The notes beneath the pieces are model-generated. The model saw nothing but the letters and a program-made list of their open reading frames with translations, searched no databases and was not told the origin of the DNA. 64,000 nucleotides of DNA from a virus (Duplodnaviria > Heunggongvirae > Uroviricota > Caudoviricetes): the IMG/VR virus record IMGVR_UViG_3300031998_000043. One strand, written 5' to 3'. Below are positions 25,818-34,293 of the stretch, piece by piece (position 1 is the stretch's first letter; each line of letters opens with the position of its first letter). The position numbers and the translations under genes are program-made.

Positions 25818-26312
25818 ATGGCTGATGAACCACACGAACGTAAGTTTCTTCTCTCCGAACTTGCGTTTAACGAAATTGTTCGTGATATGGAAGTGGAATT
25901 CCTTATTGCAATAGAGCAATTTCAGGAGAGATGCATGAAATTCAGAAAGGGATACTACCTTCTTCCGGAGAACATGAAATATGTGGAATTCTACCATGAA
26001 TATATCAGGATTGGTAAGTTTTTCCATATGACTGAGCTTACCGAAGGGGAGTGGGAGGCGGCTAAGGAGCTTGTAAAGCAACCTGAAACTGTCATCCTGC
26101 GAAAACGAAGGTATGTAGGACATAAGGATGGCTATGATTTGGACGTAGATCAGTTCTTTCATCCTACAAAATTGTTCATGCTGGAAGTTTCCAGTAAGGA
26201 CAAGCCCTTGAAGGATTTCATTCCATCATGGTCAGTGATCAAAGAAGTCACCGACGATCCTGCATACAAGAATGTGAATATTGCTGCGGGATCTCTTAAG
26301 GAAAGCCAGTGA
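25818..26312 (+). CDS. hypothetical protein
   Basis: RBS ACAGGAGGTTAAT-ATG. Confidence 0.55.
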   Translation: MADEPHERKFLLSELAFNEIVRDMEVEFLIAIEQFQERCMKFRKGYYLLPENMKYVEFYHEYIRIGKFFHMTELTEGEWEAAKELVKQPETVILRKRRYVGHKDGYDLDVDQFFHPTKLFMLEVSSKDKPLKDFIPSWSVIKEVTDDPAYKNVNIAAGSLKESQ

Positions 26313-26329
26313 CAGTGGCTTTTCTTTTC
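26302..26329 (+). terminator. weak terminator overlapping the stop codon
   Basis: AAAGCCA-gtgacag-TGGCTTT followed by TCTTTTC. Confidence 0.4.
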
Positions 26330-26330
26330 A

Positions 26331-26338
26331 CATATTAA
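26331..26338 (+). promoter_or_regulatory. CATATTAA promoter-like variant
   Basis: 37 nt upstream of the ATG at 26368. Confidence 0.4.
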
Positions 26339-26367
26339 TTCACAATAACTACAACAAAGGAGTTCTT

Positions 26368-26466
26368 ATGTACAAAATTCTCAACGCAGTTGCCATTAAT
26401 TTGGCTGTCATCATCACTTTGGACACCATAGAAAAAATCTGGCTGAAGTGGAGGAGACATGAATAA
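26368..26466 (+). CDS. 32-aa hydrophobic mini-protein
   Basis: RBS AAAGGAGTTCTT-ATG; MYKILNAVAINLAVIITLD. Confidence 0.35.
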   Translation: MYKILNAVAINLAVIITLDTIEKIWLKWRRHE

Positions 26467-26830
26467 TGAGATAAAGAGAGTCGTACTCTCTGATCACGCA
26501 AAAGATCGATGTATTGAAAGATGCATCGATACTTATATGTGTGATTATGCACGTAAGTACGGCAAAAGGATTAGAAGAGATTGTTATGTTCTCCACATGA
26601 AGGACATTCCGGATGAAGTGTTGTCAAAGATGACCCCAGAGTACAAAAAGAAGCTCGATAAGACGCTTCCGATATGCTCGATCTGGGCGATCAATGACGA
26701 CATGTACGTCTGCTTGACTGCATGGCGGATATTCGCTAATGCGACTAAGAAAAGGTTGAATTGGCGAAAAGGACAACCGGGTAAAAAGATTCATAGCTAC
26801 AAGGAATTAAGAAGGAAGAACGCTACATAG
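26459..26830 (+). CDS. hypothetical basic protein
   Basis: 123 aa; ATGA overlap. Confidence 0.5.
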   Translation: MNNEIKRVVLSDHAKDRCIERCIDTYMCDYARKYGKRIRRDCYVLHMKDIPDEVLSKMTPEYKKKLDKTLPICSIWAINDDMYVCLTAWRIFANATKKRLNWRKGQPGKKIHSYKELRRKNAT

Positions 26831-26847
26831 CGTTCTTTCTTTTTTAT
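26818..26847 (+). terminator. rho-independent terminator
   Basis: GAACGCTA-ca-TAGCGTTC followed by TTTCTTTTTT. Confidence 0.6.
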
Positions 26848-26852
26848 ATTAA
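26845..26852 (+). promoter_or_regulatory. TATATTAA promoter-like motif
   Basis: 42 nt upstream of the ATG. Confidence 0.5.
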
Positions 26853-26886
26853 GACTAGATTAACTCTTCACTGAAAGCGAGGTTTT

Positions 26887-27195
26887 ATGAAAGTAAAGAT
26901 CAAGGATATGGAGATTGAATGCACTGTTGATGAATTCGAGGAGCTTTATACTCGTGGAATTCTCGACAATAAAATGTCTCCCGCCGAAGCCCTAAAAGAA
27001 TTCATTATAGACAATCCTCCAAAGGATAAGTCTATCACACCCATAAAGTCTTTTCCGGGTGTAGTTGCTGTATATGGTTGTCAGATGCCTGAAGCCGTAG
27101 CTTTGTATGGATGCCAAGTGAGCGATCCTAACATATTCCGTACAGAGATCACTTCTACATCTGGTATTAAGACAGAGAAAGACGATTATCAATAA
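26887..27195 (+). CDS. hypothetical protein
   Basis: 102 aa; RBS GCGAGG. Confidence 0.5.
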   Translation: MKVKIKDMEIECTVDEFEELYTRGILDNKMSPAEALKEFIIDNPPKDKSITPIKSFPGVVAVYGCQMPEAVALYGCQVSDPNIFRTEITSTSGIKTEKDDYQ

Positions 27196-27226
27196 TAGAA
27201 AGAGCTTTTGCTCTTTCTATTTTTTG
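27196..27226 (+). terminator. rho-independent terminator
   Basis: TAGAAAGAGC-TTTT-GCTCTTTCTA followed by TTTTTTG. Confidence 0.6.
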
Positions 27227-27247
27227 TAATTTTTATGAGTCTGTAGA

Positions 27248-27255
27248 TATATTAA
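27248..27255 (+). promoter_or_regulatory. TATATTAA promoter-like motif
   Basis: GATATATTAAAT; 43 nt upstream of the ATG. Confidence 0.5.
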
Positions 27256-27290
27256 ATAGTAGCTTAACCTTATAACAACGGAGGTCTAAT

Positions 27291-27494
27291 ATGGTAGGCG
27301 ACGTCAGATATATCCGATTCACGGACACAGAAGGAGAAATTCATATCGTTAAGTTTGATGCGATCAAACAGGCTATCAAGTGGTCAAAAATTGACGAATA
27401 CGAATTTGATATCGGTGACAGTGAAGATGGAAAAATCAAGATTACTGAGGATACGTTCAACTATTTCCAGAAGCTCGCTGGCTTCGATAACTAA
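27291..27494 (+). CDS. hypothetical small protein
   Basis: RBS ACGGAGGTCTAAT-ATG. Confidence 0.5.
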   Translation: MVGDVRYIRFTDTEGEIHIVKFDAIKQAIKWSKIDEYEFDIGDSEDGKIKITEDTFNYFQKLAGFDN

Positions 27495-27496
27495 AG

Positions 27497-27524
27497 GAAA
27501 GCCCAATAGGGCTTTCTTTTTTTA
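27497..27524 (+). terminator. rho-independent terminator
   Basis: GAAAGCCC-AATA-GGGCTTTC followed by TTTTTTT. Confidence 0.6.
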
Positions 27525-27529
27525 TAAGA

Positions 27530-27538
27530 GTATATTAA
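27530..27538 (+). promoter_or_regulatory. GTATATTAA promoter-like motif
   Basis: 34-43 nt upstream of the start. Confidence 0.55.
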
Positions 27539-27563
27539 GAAAAGCCTTTGAATTTTAACATGG

Positions 27564-28001
27564 ATGGTTACTATGAAAACTACTGACGGAAAAGAATTAG
27601 AAGAAGCCGTAGTTGGCGAAGGTTCAATGCCCAATAATGAGACATTGGAAAAGCTCATGGAACAAGGTAAAGCTGTATATACCGGAATCTATGAGTTCTT
27701 TTGCGATTATGTCTACAAACAGGAAAAAGACATTTCTAGAATGACAAAAGAGGAATTCAATCAAGTTGTATTTACATTCATGACGGAACTTCCACATACA
27801 CTGAACAAGCACTACATCGAGATTTACAAAGCATTCTTGGAACCATATCTTAAGAGCGATGAAGACCTTAATATGATCTACACATATATAGGGAATCTTT
27901 ATCTTCAGCCTTTAGTTATCAAGGTAGCTACCGAGTTTATTGAAAAGAGACAGATTGATTTTCGAAAACCTAATAATGGTTTCAGAGAAGTTCTGAACTA
28001 A
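27564..28001 (+). CDS. hypothetical protein
   Basis: 145 aa; the start could be 27564 or 27573. Confidence 0.5.
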   Translation: MVTMKTTDGKELEEAVVGEGSMPNNETLEKLMEQGKAVYTGIYEFFCDYVYKQEKDISRMTKEEFNQVVFTFMTELPHTLNKHYIEIYKAFLEPYLKSDEDLNMIYTYIGNLYLQPLVIKVATEFIEKRQIDFRKPNNGFREVLN

Positions 28002-28019
28002 ACTAAGGTAGAGGGCAAG

Positions 28020-28214
28020 ATGATACAGAATAAAGTGCATGTTATTGTTGACGAATTCCTAGATCCTCTAGGAGAAAATCCAACATACGAATTCCATATT
28101 GGATATACGCAGCTTGATAAAGCCAAGGAAGAGCTGCCGAAGCACGCCAGCATTGCCAAGAAAAAGGCTGGATACAGTACTTCATTTATCCAAGAAGTCA
28201 CGATCTTTGAATAG
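28020..28214 (+). CDS. hypothetical small protein
   Basis: 64 aa; RBS GGTAGAGGGCAAG-ATG. Confidence 0.45.
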   Translation: MIQNKVHVIVDEFLDPLGENPTYEFHIGYTQLDKAKEELPKHASIAKKKAGYSTSFIQEVTIFE

Positions 28215-28236
28215 ACCTAGACTAATCATCAAAGTG

Positions 28237-28265
28237 GGGAAGACGCAAGTCTTCCTCATTTTTTA
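28237..28265 (+). terminator. rho-independent terminator
   Basis: GGGAAGAC-GCAA-GTCTTCCT followed by CATTTTTTAT. Confidence 0.5.
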
Positions 28266-28267
28266 TT

Positions 28268-28276
28268 GTATATTAT
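28268..28276 (+). promoter_or_regulatory. GTATATTAT promoter-like motif
   Basis: 33 nt upstream of the ATG at 28301. Confidence 0.55.
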
Positions 28277-28300
28277 AAAGTGTCTTTTAATGGAGTTATC

Positions 28301-28711
28301 ATGAACCATATAAACCTTACTGACAATCCAAGATATGAAGCCTTGAAAGAACAAGAGAAAAATACTATGCTCCGGGATATGCCTTTAGACTGTTTGCATA
28401 TCAAGGACATGTGGGAGAGAGACGGACAATGGCCAGCTCCTAAGCTTCCTGCAGCATTCTCTTATTATGTTTCGAATCTGAAGTTTGATAATGAATATAT
28501 AGGTGTTCATTACTACTTCTGTGTCTCTGGTATACTGTGTGACTTTGAACAGTGGTACAATGATGAAGATGCAGAAGTTGATAAGTTCGTAAATCTCTAC
28601 AATGCTTTGATCCATAAGGATCCACCAGAGATCATCGAAAGTGATATCGAAAACATCTATAACTGGGCTGAACGACTTCAGCATAAAGTTTGCCTGATGG
28701 CTGCGGATTGA
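28301..28711 (+). CDS. hypothetical protein
   Basis: RBS GGAG 7 nt upstream; the ATG at 28280 in the ORF track lies inside the RBS. Confidence 0.5.
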   Translation: MNHINLTDNPRYEALKEQEKNTMLRDMPLDCLHIKDMWERDGQWPAPKLPAAFSYYVSNLKFDNEYIGVHYYFCVSGILCDFEQWYNDEDAEVDKFVNLYNALIHKDPPEIIESDIENIYNWAERLQHKVCLMAAD

Positions 28712-28926
28712 TGATGGACGATACTTGCTATAAATGTGGTAAACCGGCAGTATGCAAGAATCTCATAGCACGAGTTGGACATATGACTACAGTTTCGAAT
28801 AGTGATCATAGCGATATAAAGCATGAGATCATTCAGACTTGGGTTGATACTCCAATGTGCGAATCTTGTCAAAATGCTCTTGTAGAATACCTTAATGGAG
28901 AACAAAATGAAATACGCGGTTATTGA
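28711..28926 (+). CDS. zinc-ribbon mini-protein
   Basis: TGATG overlap; CYKCGK...CESCQ. Confidence 0.45.
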   Translation: MMDDTCYKCGKPAVCKNLIARVGHMTTVSNSDHSDIKHEIIQTWVDTPMCESCQNALVEYLNGEQNEIRGY

Positions 28927-28996
28927 ATTTCTCAAGAATTTCTTTCTCATCGGAGTAGGATTCTTTCTTGGGAAAGTGACAACATTCGGAGGATAA

Positions 28997-29248
28997 ATGA
29001 AAGCCTTCATATATAAACTCATTCCAGCTATAATCGTAGGGCTGGTTGCCATGAACACAATCTTTATTATCATAGCCCTTAGTGGATGCAACGGTGCAGA
29101 TGCCGCTGAAAGTCGCCATTATCAACTTTGGATCGACGATAAGCTTATCTGCACTGGTATGTACTACTATGTGTCTAGTGGAATATACAGATTCAACTGT
29201 GATGATGGTAGTATAGTTGTGGGATTGCACAATGCGATCATAAAATAA
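28997..29248 (+). CDS. small secreted or membrane protein
   Basis: RBS GGAGGATAA-ATG; N-terminal hydrophobic segment with a possible lipobox-like ALSGCNG. Confidence 0.45.
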   Translation: MKAFIYKLIPAIIVGLVAMNTIFIIIALSGCNGADAAESRHYQLWIDDKLICTGMYYYVSSGIYRFNCDDGSIVVGLHNAIIK

Positions 29249-29258
29249 AGGAAAACAC

Positions 29259-30185
29259 ATGCAGAAAACATCAACAAAACAATTCCAGCAGAGTGACATA
29301 CGCAGTTGCTTTAGGCTGGACTTTTCTGGCCCGTCTTTCAGACTGTTCTACAAAGACAATAGTGGAACATATCACGAAATTGAAAACAAGGCAGATCTTA
29401 TTCATGAGATCTGCTTCTCTAGGGATCCCAATACCGAAGGTCATCCCTTGTATATCTACCACAGGTTCTCCCATCCCAAATACGGGATCATTATCGACAA
29501 GACTAAGGATAATGATATCTATGTGGAATTCCAGAAGCACTTCTTCCGTCTTGAAAAGGGTTTGATGGAATGCTTTTCTCTCAATGCTGGCTGTTCTATC
29601 ACGATCCGAGAAAAGTTTGGCAAATCGGATAACTACGAGACATACCGAGTTCTGAACAATTACACTATGAGCAAGTTTGTTTATAGAGTGATTGATGGCG
29701 AATGTAAGTTGTCCGACAAACTTGTTGAAGATAAATGGTACAAGTACAAGATTGGAGTCTTCGAATCTGAAGAACATCGCCCTGAGTACAGTGACTACCG
29801 TTCAGCTGTGTTCTACGAGAAGGCCAAGATCGAAGGTGAAGACTGCACTCCTATGGCCAATTATGTTTGTCTTACCAGTGCACAGAGGGCACAGATCGAC
29901 GAACTCGTTAAGAATTTCAAGGAAAAGCTTGACGAGATTGGCGCAAAGGTCTATCTTGACGTTGAGTATGACAAACTTGCATTTATCTCCAGCGATGCAA
30001 AGCTTCCTGAAAACACGACATATATGATTCGTGATTACAGTGATCCGGATGCAGAGAATGAAGTGTCTATTCCCGTGAGTGCCTTCTACGTACCTGATGA
30101 CAGGTTTATGACATATTTGAATGACTGTACTGATATTAGGGCAGTCTATCAGAAACCTCCTCAGGCTGTCACTGAAGAAAAGTAA
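29259..30185 (+). CDS. hypothetical protein
   Basis: 308 aa; RBS AAAGGAAAACAC-ATG. Confidence 0.55.
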   Translation: MQKTSTKQFQQSDIRSCFRLDFSGPSFRLFYKDNSGTYHEIENKADLIHEICFSRDPNTEGHPLYIYHRFSHPKYGIIIDKTKDNDIYVEFQKHFFRLEKGLMECFSLNAGCSITIREKFGKSDNYETYRVLNNYTMSKFVYRVIDGECKLSDKLVEDKWYKYKIGVFESEEHRPEYSDYRSAVFYEKAKIEGEDCTPMANYVCLTSAQRAQIDELVKNFKEKLDEIGAKVYLDVEYDKLAFISSDAKLPENTTYMIRDYSDPDAENEVSIPVSAFYVPDDRFMTYLNDCTDIRAVYQKPPQAVTEEK

Positions 30186-30202
30186 TCCCTAAACATCAAA
30201 CA

Positions 30203-30235
30203 GAAACCGTTACGAATGTAGCGGTTTCTTTTTTA
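30203..30235 (+). terminator. rho-independent terminator
   Basis: GAAACCGTTAC-GAAT-GTAGCGGTTTC followed by TTTTTT. Confidence 0.65.
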
Positions 30236-30241
30236 TATTAA
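30234..30241 (+). promoter_or_regulatory. TATATTAA promoter-like motif
   Basis: 33 nt upstream of the ATG. Confidence 0.5.
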
Positions 30242-30266
30242 TCAATGACTTCTATACGAGGTAATA

Positions 30267-30656
30267 ATGGAAACATCTGAAGAACTGGAAGAGCCGAAAG
30301 AAGATTTCGTAGCTCCGCACTTAGATACTGATATAGACAGGATCGAAGAGTCATTCAAGTATACAGATGCGCAAGGAAAAGAAGTGGAAGTGACAGTAGA
30401 GTTTCTTCCAAACGATTGCGAGAAAGCCTCAAATAACCTAGCTACTCTTGTACAGCCGATTACTGGAATCAGAGTCGGAGACAGAGAGAAGGTCAGATCC
30501 ATGATTAACACAATCCTAGGTGATTACAAGTGCTGCTTCTCAATAAGGATTCTGCCTAGAGAAGTGGAACTAAAGTTCACAGATTGTGAGGAAGTCATTG
30601 GAAAAATGATCACGGAGTTTGTACAGGTTCTCAATGAAAATCCTAGTAAAAACTAA
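30267..30656 (+). CDS. hypothetical protein
   Basis: RBS ACGAGGTAATA-ATG. Confidence 0.5.
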   Translation: METSEELEEPKEDFVAPHLDTDIDRIEESFKYTDAQGKEVEVTVEFLPNDCEKASNNLATLVQPITGIRVGDREKVRSMINTILGDYKCCFSIRILPREVELKFTDCEEVIGKMITEFVQVLNENPSKN

Positions 30657-30900
30657 AGGTGGAAAGGCTATCACTGGAGAAATGACATTAGTATGTCTGA
30701 ATCCAGATGGTGGTGGCATGATTTGCCTATCTTACCATAAAAACTTTGACATTAGTTTTGAAAATATTGAAGAGATCTATATTATACAGAATAATAGGCT
30801 CAAAGCCCTTAATCTTGAAAATATGGATTGCAAAGATATCTTTGACCAATTATCTTTGTATTATTTCCGAGATAGAGGCGAATACAACTTCACCATTTAA
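30634..30900 (+). CDS. hypothetical protein
   Basis: internal ATG (MKILVKTKGG) overlapping the previous stop. Confidence 0.45.
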   Translation: MKILVKTKGGKAITGEMTLVCLNPDGGGMICLSYHKNFDISFENIEEIYIIQNNRLKALNLENMDCKDIFDQLSLYYFRDRGEYNFTI

Positions 30901-30912
30901 CAAAGGAAAGAA

Positions 30913-31191
30913 ATGGAAGCAGGAACGTTCGGTTGGGCTCTCGAACAGCTTAAGGCTGGTAAGAAAGTCCAGAGAAAAGAATGGAACGGAAAGGGTATGT
31001 TTTTGACTCTTCAACCCGGATCCATCGTCAAAGGTGAAATGATGCGTAATGAACCCGCTAGAGAGTTCTATACTGGAAAAGATTGTGTGATCCAGCCACA
31101 CATTGATATGAAGGCAGCTGATGATAGTTATACTGTCGGCTGGACGGCTAGCCAAGTTGATATGCTTGCTAGCGATTGGCAGCTTGCCTAA
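30913..31191 (+). CDS. DUF2829/Tad2-like mini-protein (candidate Thoeris anti-defence sponge)
   Basis: WALEQLKAGKKVQRKEWNGKGMFL ... GWTASQVDMLASDW matches my recollection of the DUF2829 pattern; RBS AAAGGAAAGAA-ATG. Confidence 0.5.
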   Translation: MEAGTFGWALEQLKAGKKVQRKEWNGKGMFLTLQPGSIVKGEMMRNEPAREFYTGKDCVIQPHIDMKAADDSYTVGWTASQVDMLASDWQLA

Positions 31192-31211
31192 TAACAAAAA
31201 GGAAACAAACA

Positions 31212-32831
31212 ATGGAACAAATCATAAATGCCCAAAACATCGGCATCGCCGCTGGCGTTGCTATCGTCATCATTCTGGCCATCGTATTTATCCTTGGCTA
31301 TGTTAAGGCACCTCCTGACAAGGTGTTTATCATTTCTGGTTTCCGTAAGGAGCCGAAATTCGTTACCGGAACTTCTGCGATCCGTATTCCGTTCCTTCAG
31401 CAGAAAGATGAACTGACACTCGCTCTTATTAAAGTTAACGTTGTGACTGATGAAGACATTCCGACTTCGGAATATATTAACATCAGGGTGGATTCTAATG
31501 TTAACGTGAAGATTGATAAGACAAAGCTTGCAATTGCAGCCCAGCACTTCTTAAACGCAAATGAAGGTCAAATATCTAAATTCGTGTGTGATGTTCTTCA
31601 GGGCAACCTTCGTGAAATTGTTGGTCAGATGAAACTCGAAGACATGATTAAAGACCGCACTGAGTTTAACAAGCGAGTCACTGAAAACGTCAAACCCGAC
31701 CTTGCCGCTATGGGTCTTGAACTTGTATCTTTCAATGTTCAGAACTTCTCCGACAAGAATAGTGTGATTGTGAACATGGGTATTGACAACGTAGAAACCA
31801 TTAGAAAGACTGCCGAAATTGCAAAGGCCAATGCCCAGCGTGATATTGCTGTTGCTAAGGCCAAGGCAGACCTCGAAGAAAATGATGCCCGTGTTAAGGC
31901 TGATACCACGATCGCTGAACGCAACAATGCTCTCGAAATTAAGCAGCATGAACTCAAGCAAGCAGAACAGACAAAGAAAGCCGTTGCTGACTCTGCATAT
32001 AAGATTGAGCTTGCGAACCAGCAGAAGGACATCAATGTGGCTAATGCTAAGGCTGAAACGGCAAGACAAGAACAGCTTATTCTCGTGCGTGAGAAGGAAG
32101 TTGAAGTTAAGGAAAAAGAACTTAACGCCAATGTCATCAAGCCCGCAGAAGCCGAAAAGACTGCTGTCATTCTTCAAGCTGAAGCTGCCCGTGAAGCTGA
32201 AATCATCAATGCTGATGCTAACCTTAAGAAGACCGAGAAGAATGCTGAAGCTAATCTCATCAAGGAAACTAAAGATGCAGAAGCCCAGCTTATCAAGGAA
32301 ACCAAAGACGCAGAAGCCGAACTTATCAAGAATCAGAAGGCTTCTGAAGCCAAGCGTTACAATGATGAACAGACCGCTATCGGTACTGAAGCTCTAGCCA
32401 AGGCAAATCTTGTCAAGGCTAAGAACGAAGCTGAAGGTATCGAGGCTAACGGTAAGGCTACTGCATCTGCCATTGAAGCTAAGGGTAAGGCTGAAGCTGA
32501 AGCTCTTGACAAGAAGGCAGATGCTATGAAGAAGTATGGCGATGCTGCTATCATGGATATGCAGCTTCAGGTATCCAAAGCTCTTGTTGAAAAGATGCCT
32601 GAGATCGCTGCTGCCGTTGCTGCTCCGTTTGCTAAGGTCGGTAAGATCGAAATGTATGGCTCTGGTAATACCAAGATGCTTGCAGAAGATATTACCAGCA
32701 TTATCAATCAGGTAAGCGGTGGCTTGTCTTCTACCCTTGGGATTGATGGCAAGATGTTCTTGAGCTCTGCTCTTGCAAATATTGCTACTAAGGGCGCAAC
32801 CTCTACAGCATCTGCACCTGCAAAGAAATAA
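31212..32831 (+). CDS. flotillin / SPFH (band-7) family membrane protein
   Basis: N-terminal transmembrane segment IGIAAGVAIVIILAIVFILGY; SPFH core; long Glu/Ala/Lys coiled-coil (EAxxEAE repeats); GC-enriched codon usage. Confidence 0.8.
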   Translation: MEQIINAQNIGIAAGVAIVIILAIVFILGYVKAPPDKVFIISGFRKEPKFVTGTSAIRIPFLQQKDELTLALIKVNVVTDEDIPTSEYINIRVDSNVNVKIDKTKLAIAAQHFLNANEGQISKFVCDVLQGNLREIVGQMKLEDMIKDRTEFNKRVTENVKPDLAAMGLELVSFNVQNFSDKNSVIVNMGIDNVETIRKTAEIAKANAQRDIAVAKAKADLEENDARVKADTTIAERNNALEIKQHELKQAEQTKKAVADSAYKIELANQQKDINVANAKAETARQEQLILVREKEVEVKEKELNANVIKPAEAEKTAVILQAEAAREAEIINADANLKKTEKNAEANLIKETKDAEAQLIKETKDAEAELIKNQKASEAKRYNDEQTAIGTEALAKANLVKAKNEAEGIEANGKATASAIEAKGKAEAEALDKKADAMKKYGDAAIMDMQLQVSKALVEKMPEIAAAVAAPFAKVGKIEMYGSGNTKMLAEDITSIINQVSGGLSSTLGIDGKMFLSSALANIATKGATSTASAPAKK

Positions 32832-32870
32832 AAGAATCTCCTTTGTCGCTAATAACGACGGTTAAAGTAA

Positions 32871-32913
32871 AGAGAGGGGCCGATGCCTTTTGTGCCCCTC
32901 TCTTTTTTTTTTC
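32871..32913 (+). terminator. rho-independent terminator
   Basis: AGAGAGGGGC-13 nt loop-GCCCCTCTCT followed by ten T residues. Confidence 0.65.
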
Positions 32914-32935
32914 GTAGGTTTCTGTGATCCGAGTA

Positions 32936-32943
32936 TATATTAA
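32936..32943 (+). promoter_or_regulatory. TATATTAA promoter-like motif
   Basis: GAGTATATATTAAATA; 41 nt upstream of the ATG. Confidence 0.5.
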
Positions 32944-32976
32944 ATAAAGCGTATATCATATCAACAAGGAGGCATC

Positions 32977-33579
32977 ATGATTTACGAGTACAAAATGACG
33001 GAAGAAAATGCCGATAAAATTATCAAGCTAATCGAAAATCATAAAATCCATCGGATAGAATATACCGAAGGATCTGCTATGCCATACTGTTCAGTTCGTC
33101 TGGGCAGACATGGCGAAATCTACTTGACGGGAAATTTGTGGACAGGGATTCCTTCTCTTATGAATGCTATAGGAGATCTTCTTGACAGATTCCACGTATT
33201 TAAGGTTGAAAGAATTAACTATATTGATTTCTTCGACTTTGAATCTGGTGGAAACAAGATATTCCTTAGGGAAGACGAGAAATTTCTGCCAAAGAATAAA
33301 ATAGAGACCAAAAGGCTCTATTATAGGACGTATGGCGAAATTGTAATGATGTATAGGGCATCGAGAATAGACCTCTCACAGAAGAAGTCTAGATATAAAG
33401 GGTACCCTAAACACGACCTTGTCGGTAAGTTCGAAGCACGTATCGAAATGCTTAAAGCAGAGATAAAGTGCAGAGAGCTTAAGGACGAGTACGAAAAAAG
33501 AAAAAGCGGAGATATGGCTGAATATAGAAAAAAGATGGCCAAGATCCGTCGTACAAGAAATAAAAGGGTGGCAGCTTAA
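32977..33579 (+). CDS. hypothetical protein with a basic C-terminus
   Basis: RBS AAGGAGGCATC-ATG. Confidence 0.55.
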   Translation: MIYEYKMTEENADKIIKLIENHKIHRIEYTEGSAMPYCSVRLGRHGEIYLTGNLWTGIPSLMNAIGDLLDRFHVFKVERINYIDFFDFESGGNKIFLREDEKFLPKNKIETKRLYYRTYGEIVMMYRASRIDLSQKKSRYKGYPKHDLVGKFEARIEMLKAEIKCRELKDEYEKRKSGDMAEYRKKMAKIRRTRNKRVAA

Positions 33580-33597
33580 GCTGCTTCCCTTTTTTCT
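33564..33597 (+). terminator. rho-independent terminator overlapping the stop codon
   Basis: palindrome GCAGCTTAAGCTGC flanked by AAGGG/CCCTT, then TTTTTTC. Confidence 0.6.
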
Positions 33598-33610
33598 ATT
33601 TTTAGAAAAA

Positions 33611-33618
33611 TATATTAA
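33611..33618 (+). promoter_or_regulatory. TATATTAA promoter-like motif
   Basis: 44 nt upstream of the ATG. Confidence 0.5.
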
Positions 33619-33654
33619 ATTTAGCCTAACTTAACCAATACAGGAGATTAAAAA

Positions 33655-34059
33655 ATGAAAATGTTTACTCGTAAAGAATTTGACGAGCATTGTGACTTTT
33701 ATTTGCGATACCTCAAGCATGTCTGGTATCGCGATAATAACGAGAATGGGAATAATATCTCATTCATCAATATCACCGGTGGTAGCTTTAATAAGGAGCA
33801 TGATACTTTTACTCCGAAGTGTACCATTATCACTGTCAAGACCAATGGGAATACCTTTGAAGGTATTGACATCAAGCGCAATGTTGATATTTCGGCAGCT
33901 GCTACTGTCAATGTTGAAATCGACGAACGTAAATATGCCGAACCTAAGGAATTTGCCAAGATGATTTCTGAAGATTGGCATCGTGACATCTATGACAGAA
34001 TAACAGAAAAAGATGTGCGTGACTTTATCAAGGAAACGATTCGCACTCACAACTTTTAG
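33655..34059 (+). CDS. hypothetical protein
   Basis: RBS CAGGAGATTAAAAA-ATG. Confidence 0.55.
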   Translation: MKMFTRKEFDEHCDFYLRYLKHVWYRDNNENGNNISFINITGGSFNKEHDTFTPKCTIITVKTNGNTFEGIDIKRNVDISAAATVNVEIDERKYAEPKEFAKMISEDWHRDIYDRITEKDVRDFIKETIRTHNF

Positions 34060-34070
34060 AGGCCAATCAA

Positions 34071-34292
34071 ATGAATGCTATCAAGCAGATAATTAAGGAT
34101 GGATTATTCTATCTTGCATCAATGCTAATGGTTATTGCTATTGCATGTATTCTTGGAGTTCCTATCTTTATTGGCCTTATAATCGATTCTATTCCATTGA
34201 TTCTATTTGGTATTTTGTTCTTTGGTGCATTTGGAGGAGCAATAGCCAAGTATGGAATTGATAGATACGAAAAAAGCCAACGGAAAAAATAA
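34071..34292 (+). CDS. small membrane protein with two transmembrane helices
   Basis: hydrophobic segments LFYLASMLMVIAIACILGVPIFIGLII and ILFGILFFGAFGGAIA. Confidence 0.5.
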   Translation: MNAIKQIIKDGLFYLASMLMVIAIACILGVPIFIGLIIDSIPLILFGILFFGAFGGAIAKYGIDRYEKSQRKK

Positions 34293-34293
34293 A

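Noticed and set aside
31551-32554. Several 60-210 aa ORFs on both strands inside the flotillin coiled-coil region
   Set aside because: They are a by-product of the repetitive GAA/GCT-rich EA-repeat coding sequence. The SPFH gene is continuous and homologous.
20540-33620. Possibility that the regularly spaced hairpins form a CRISPR array
   Set aside because: The repeats are 0.5-1 kb apart with protein-coding genes between them. They are classic stem-loop plus T-run terminators and only three are identical.
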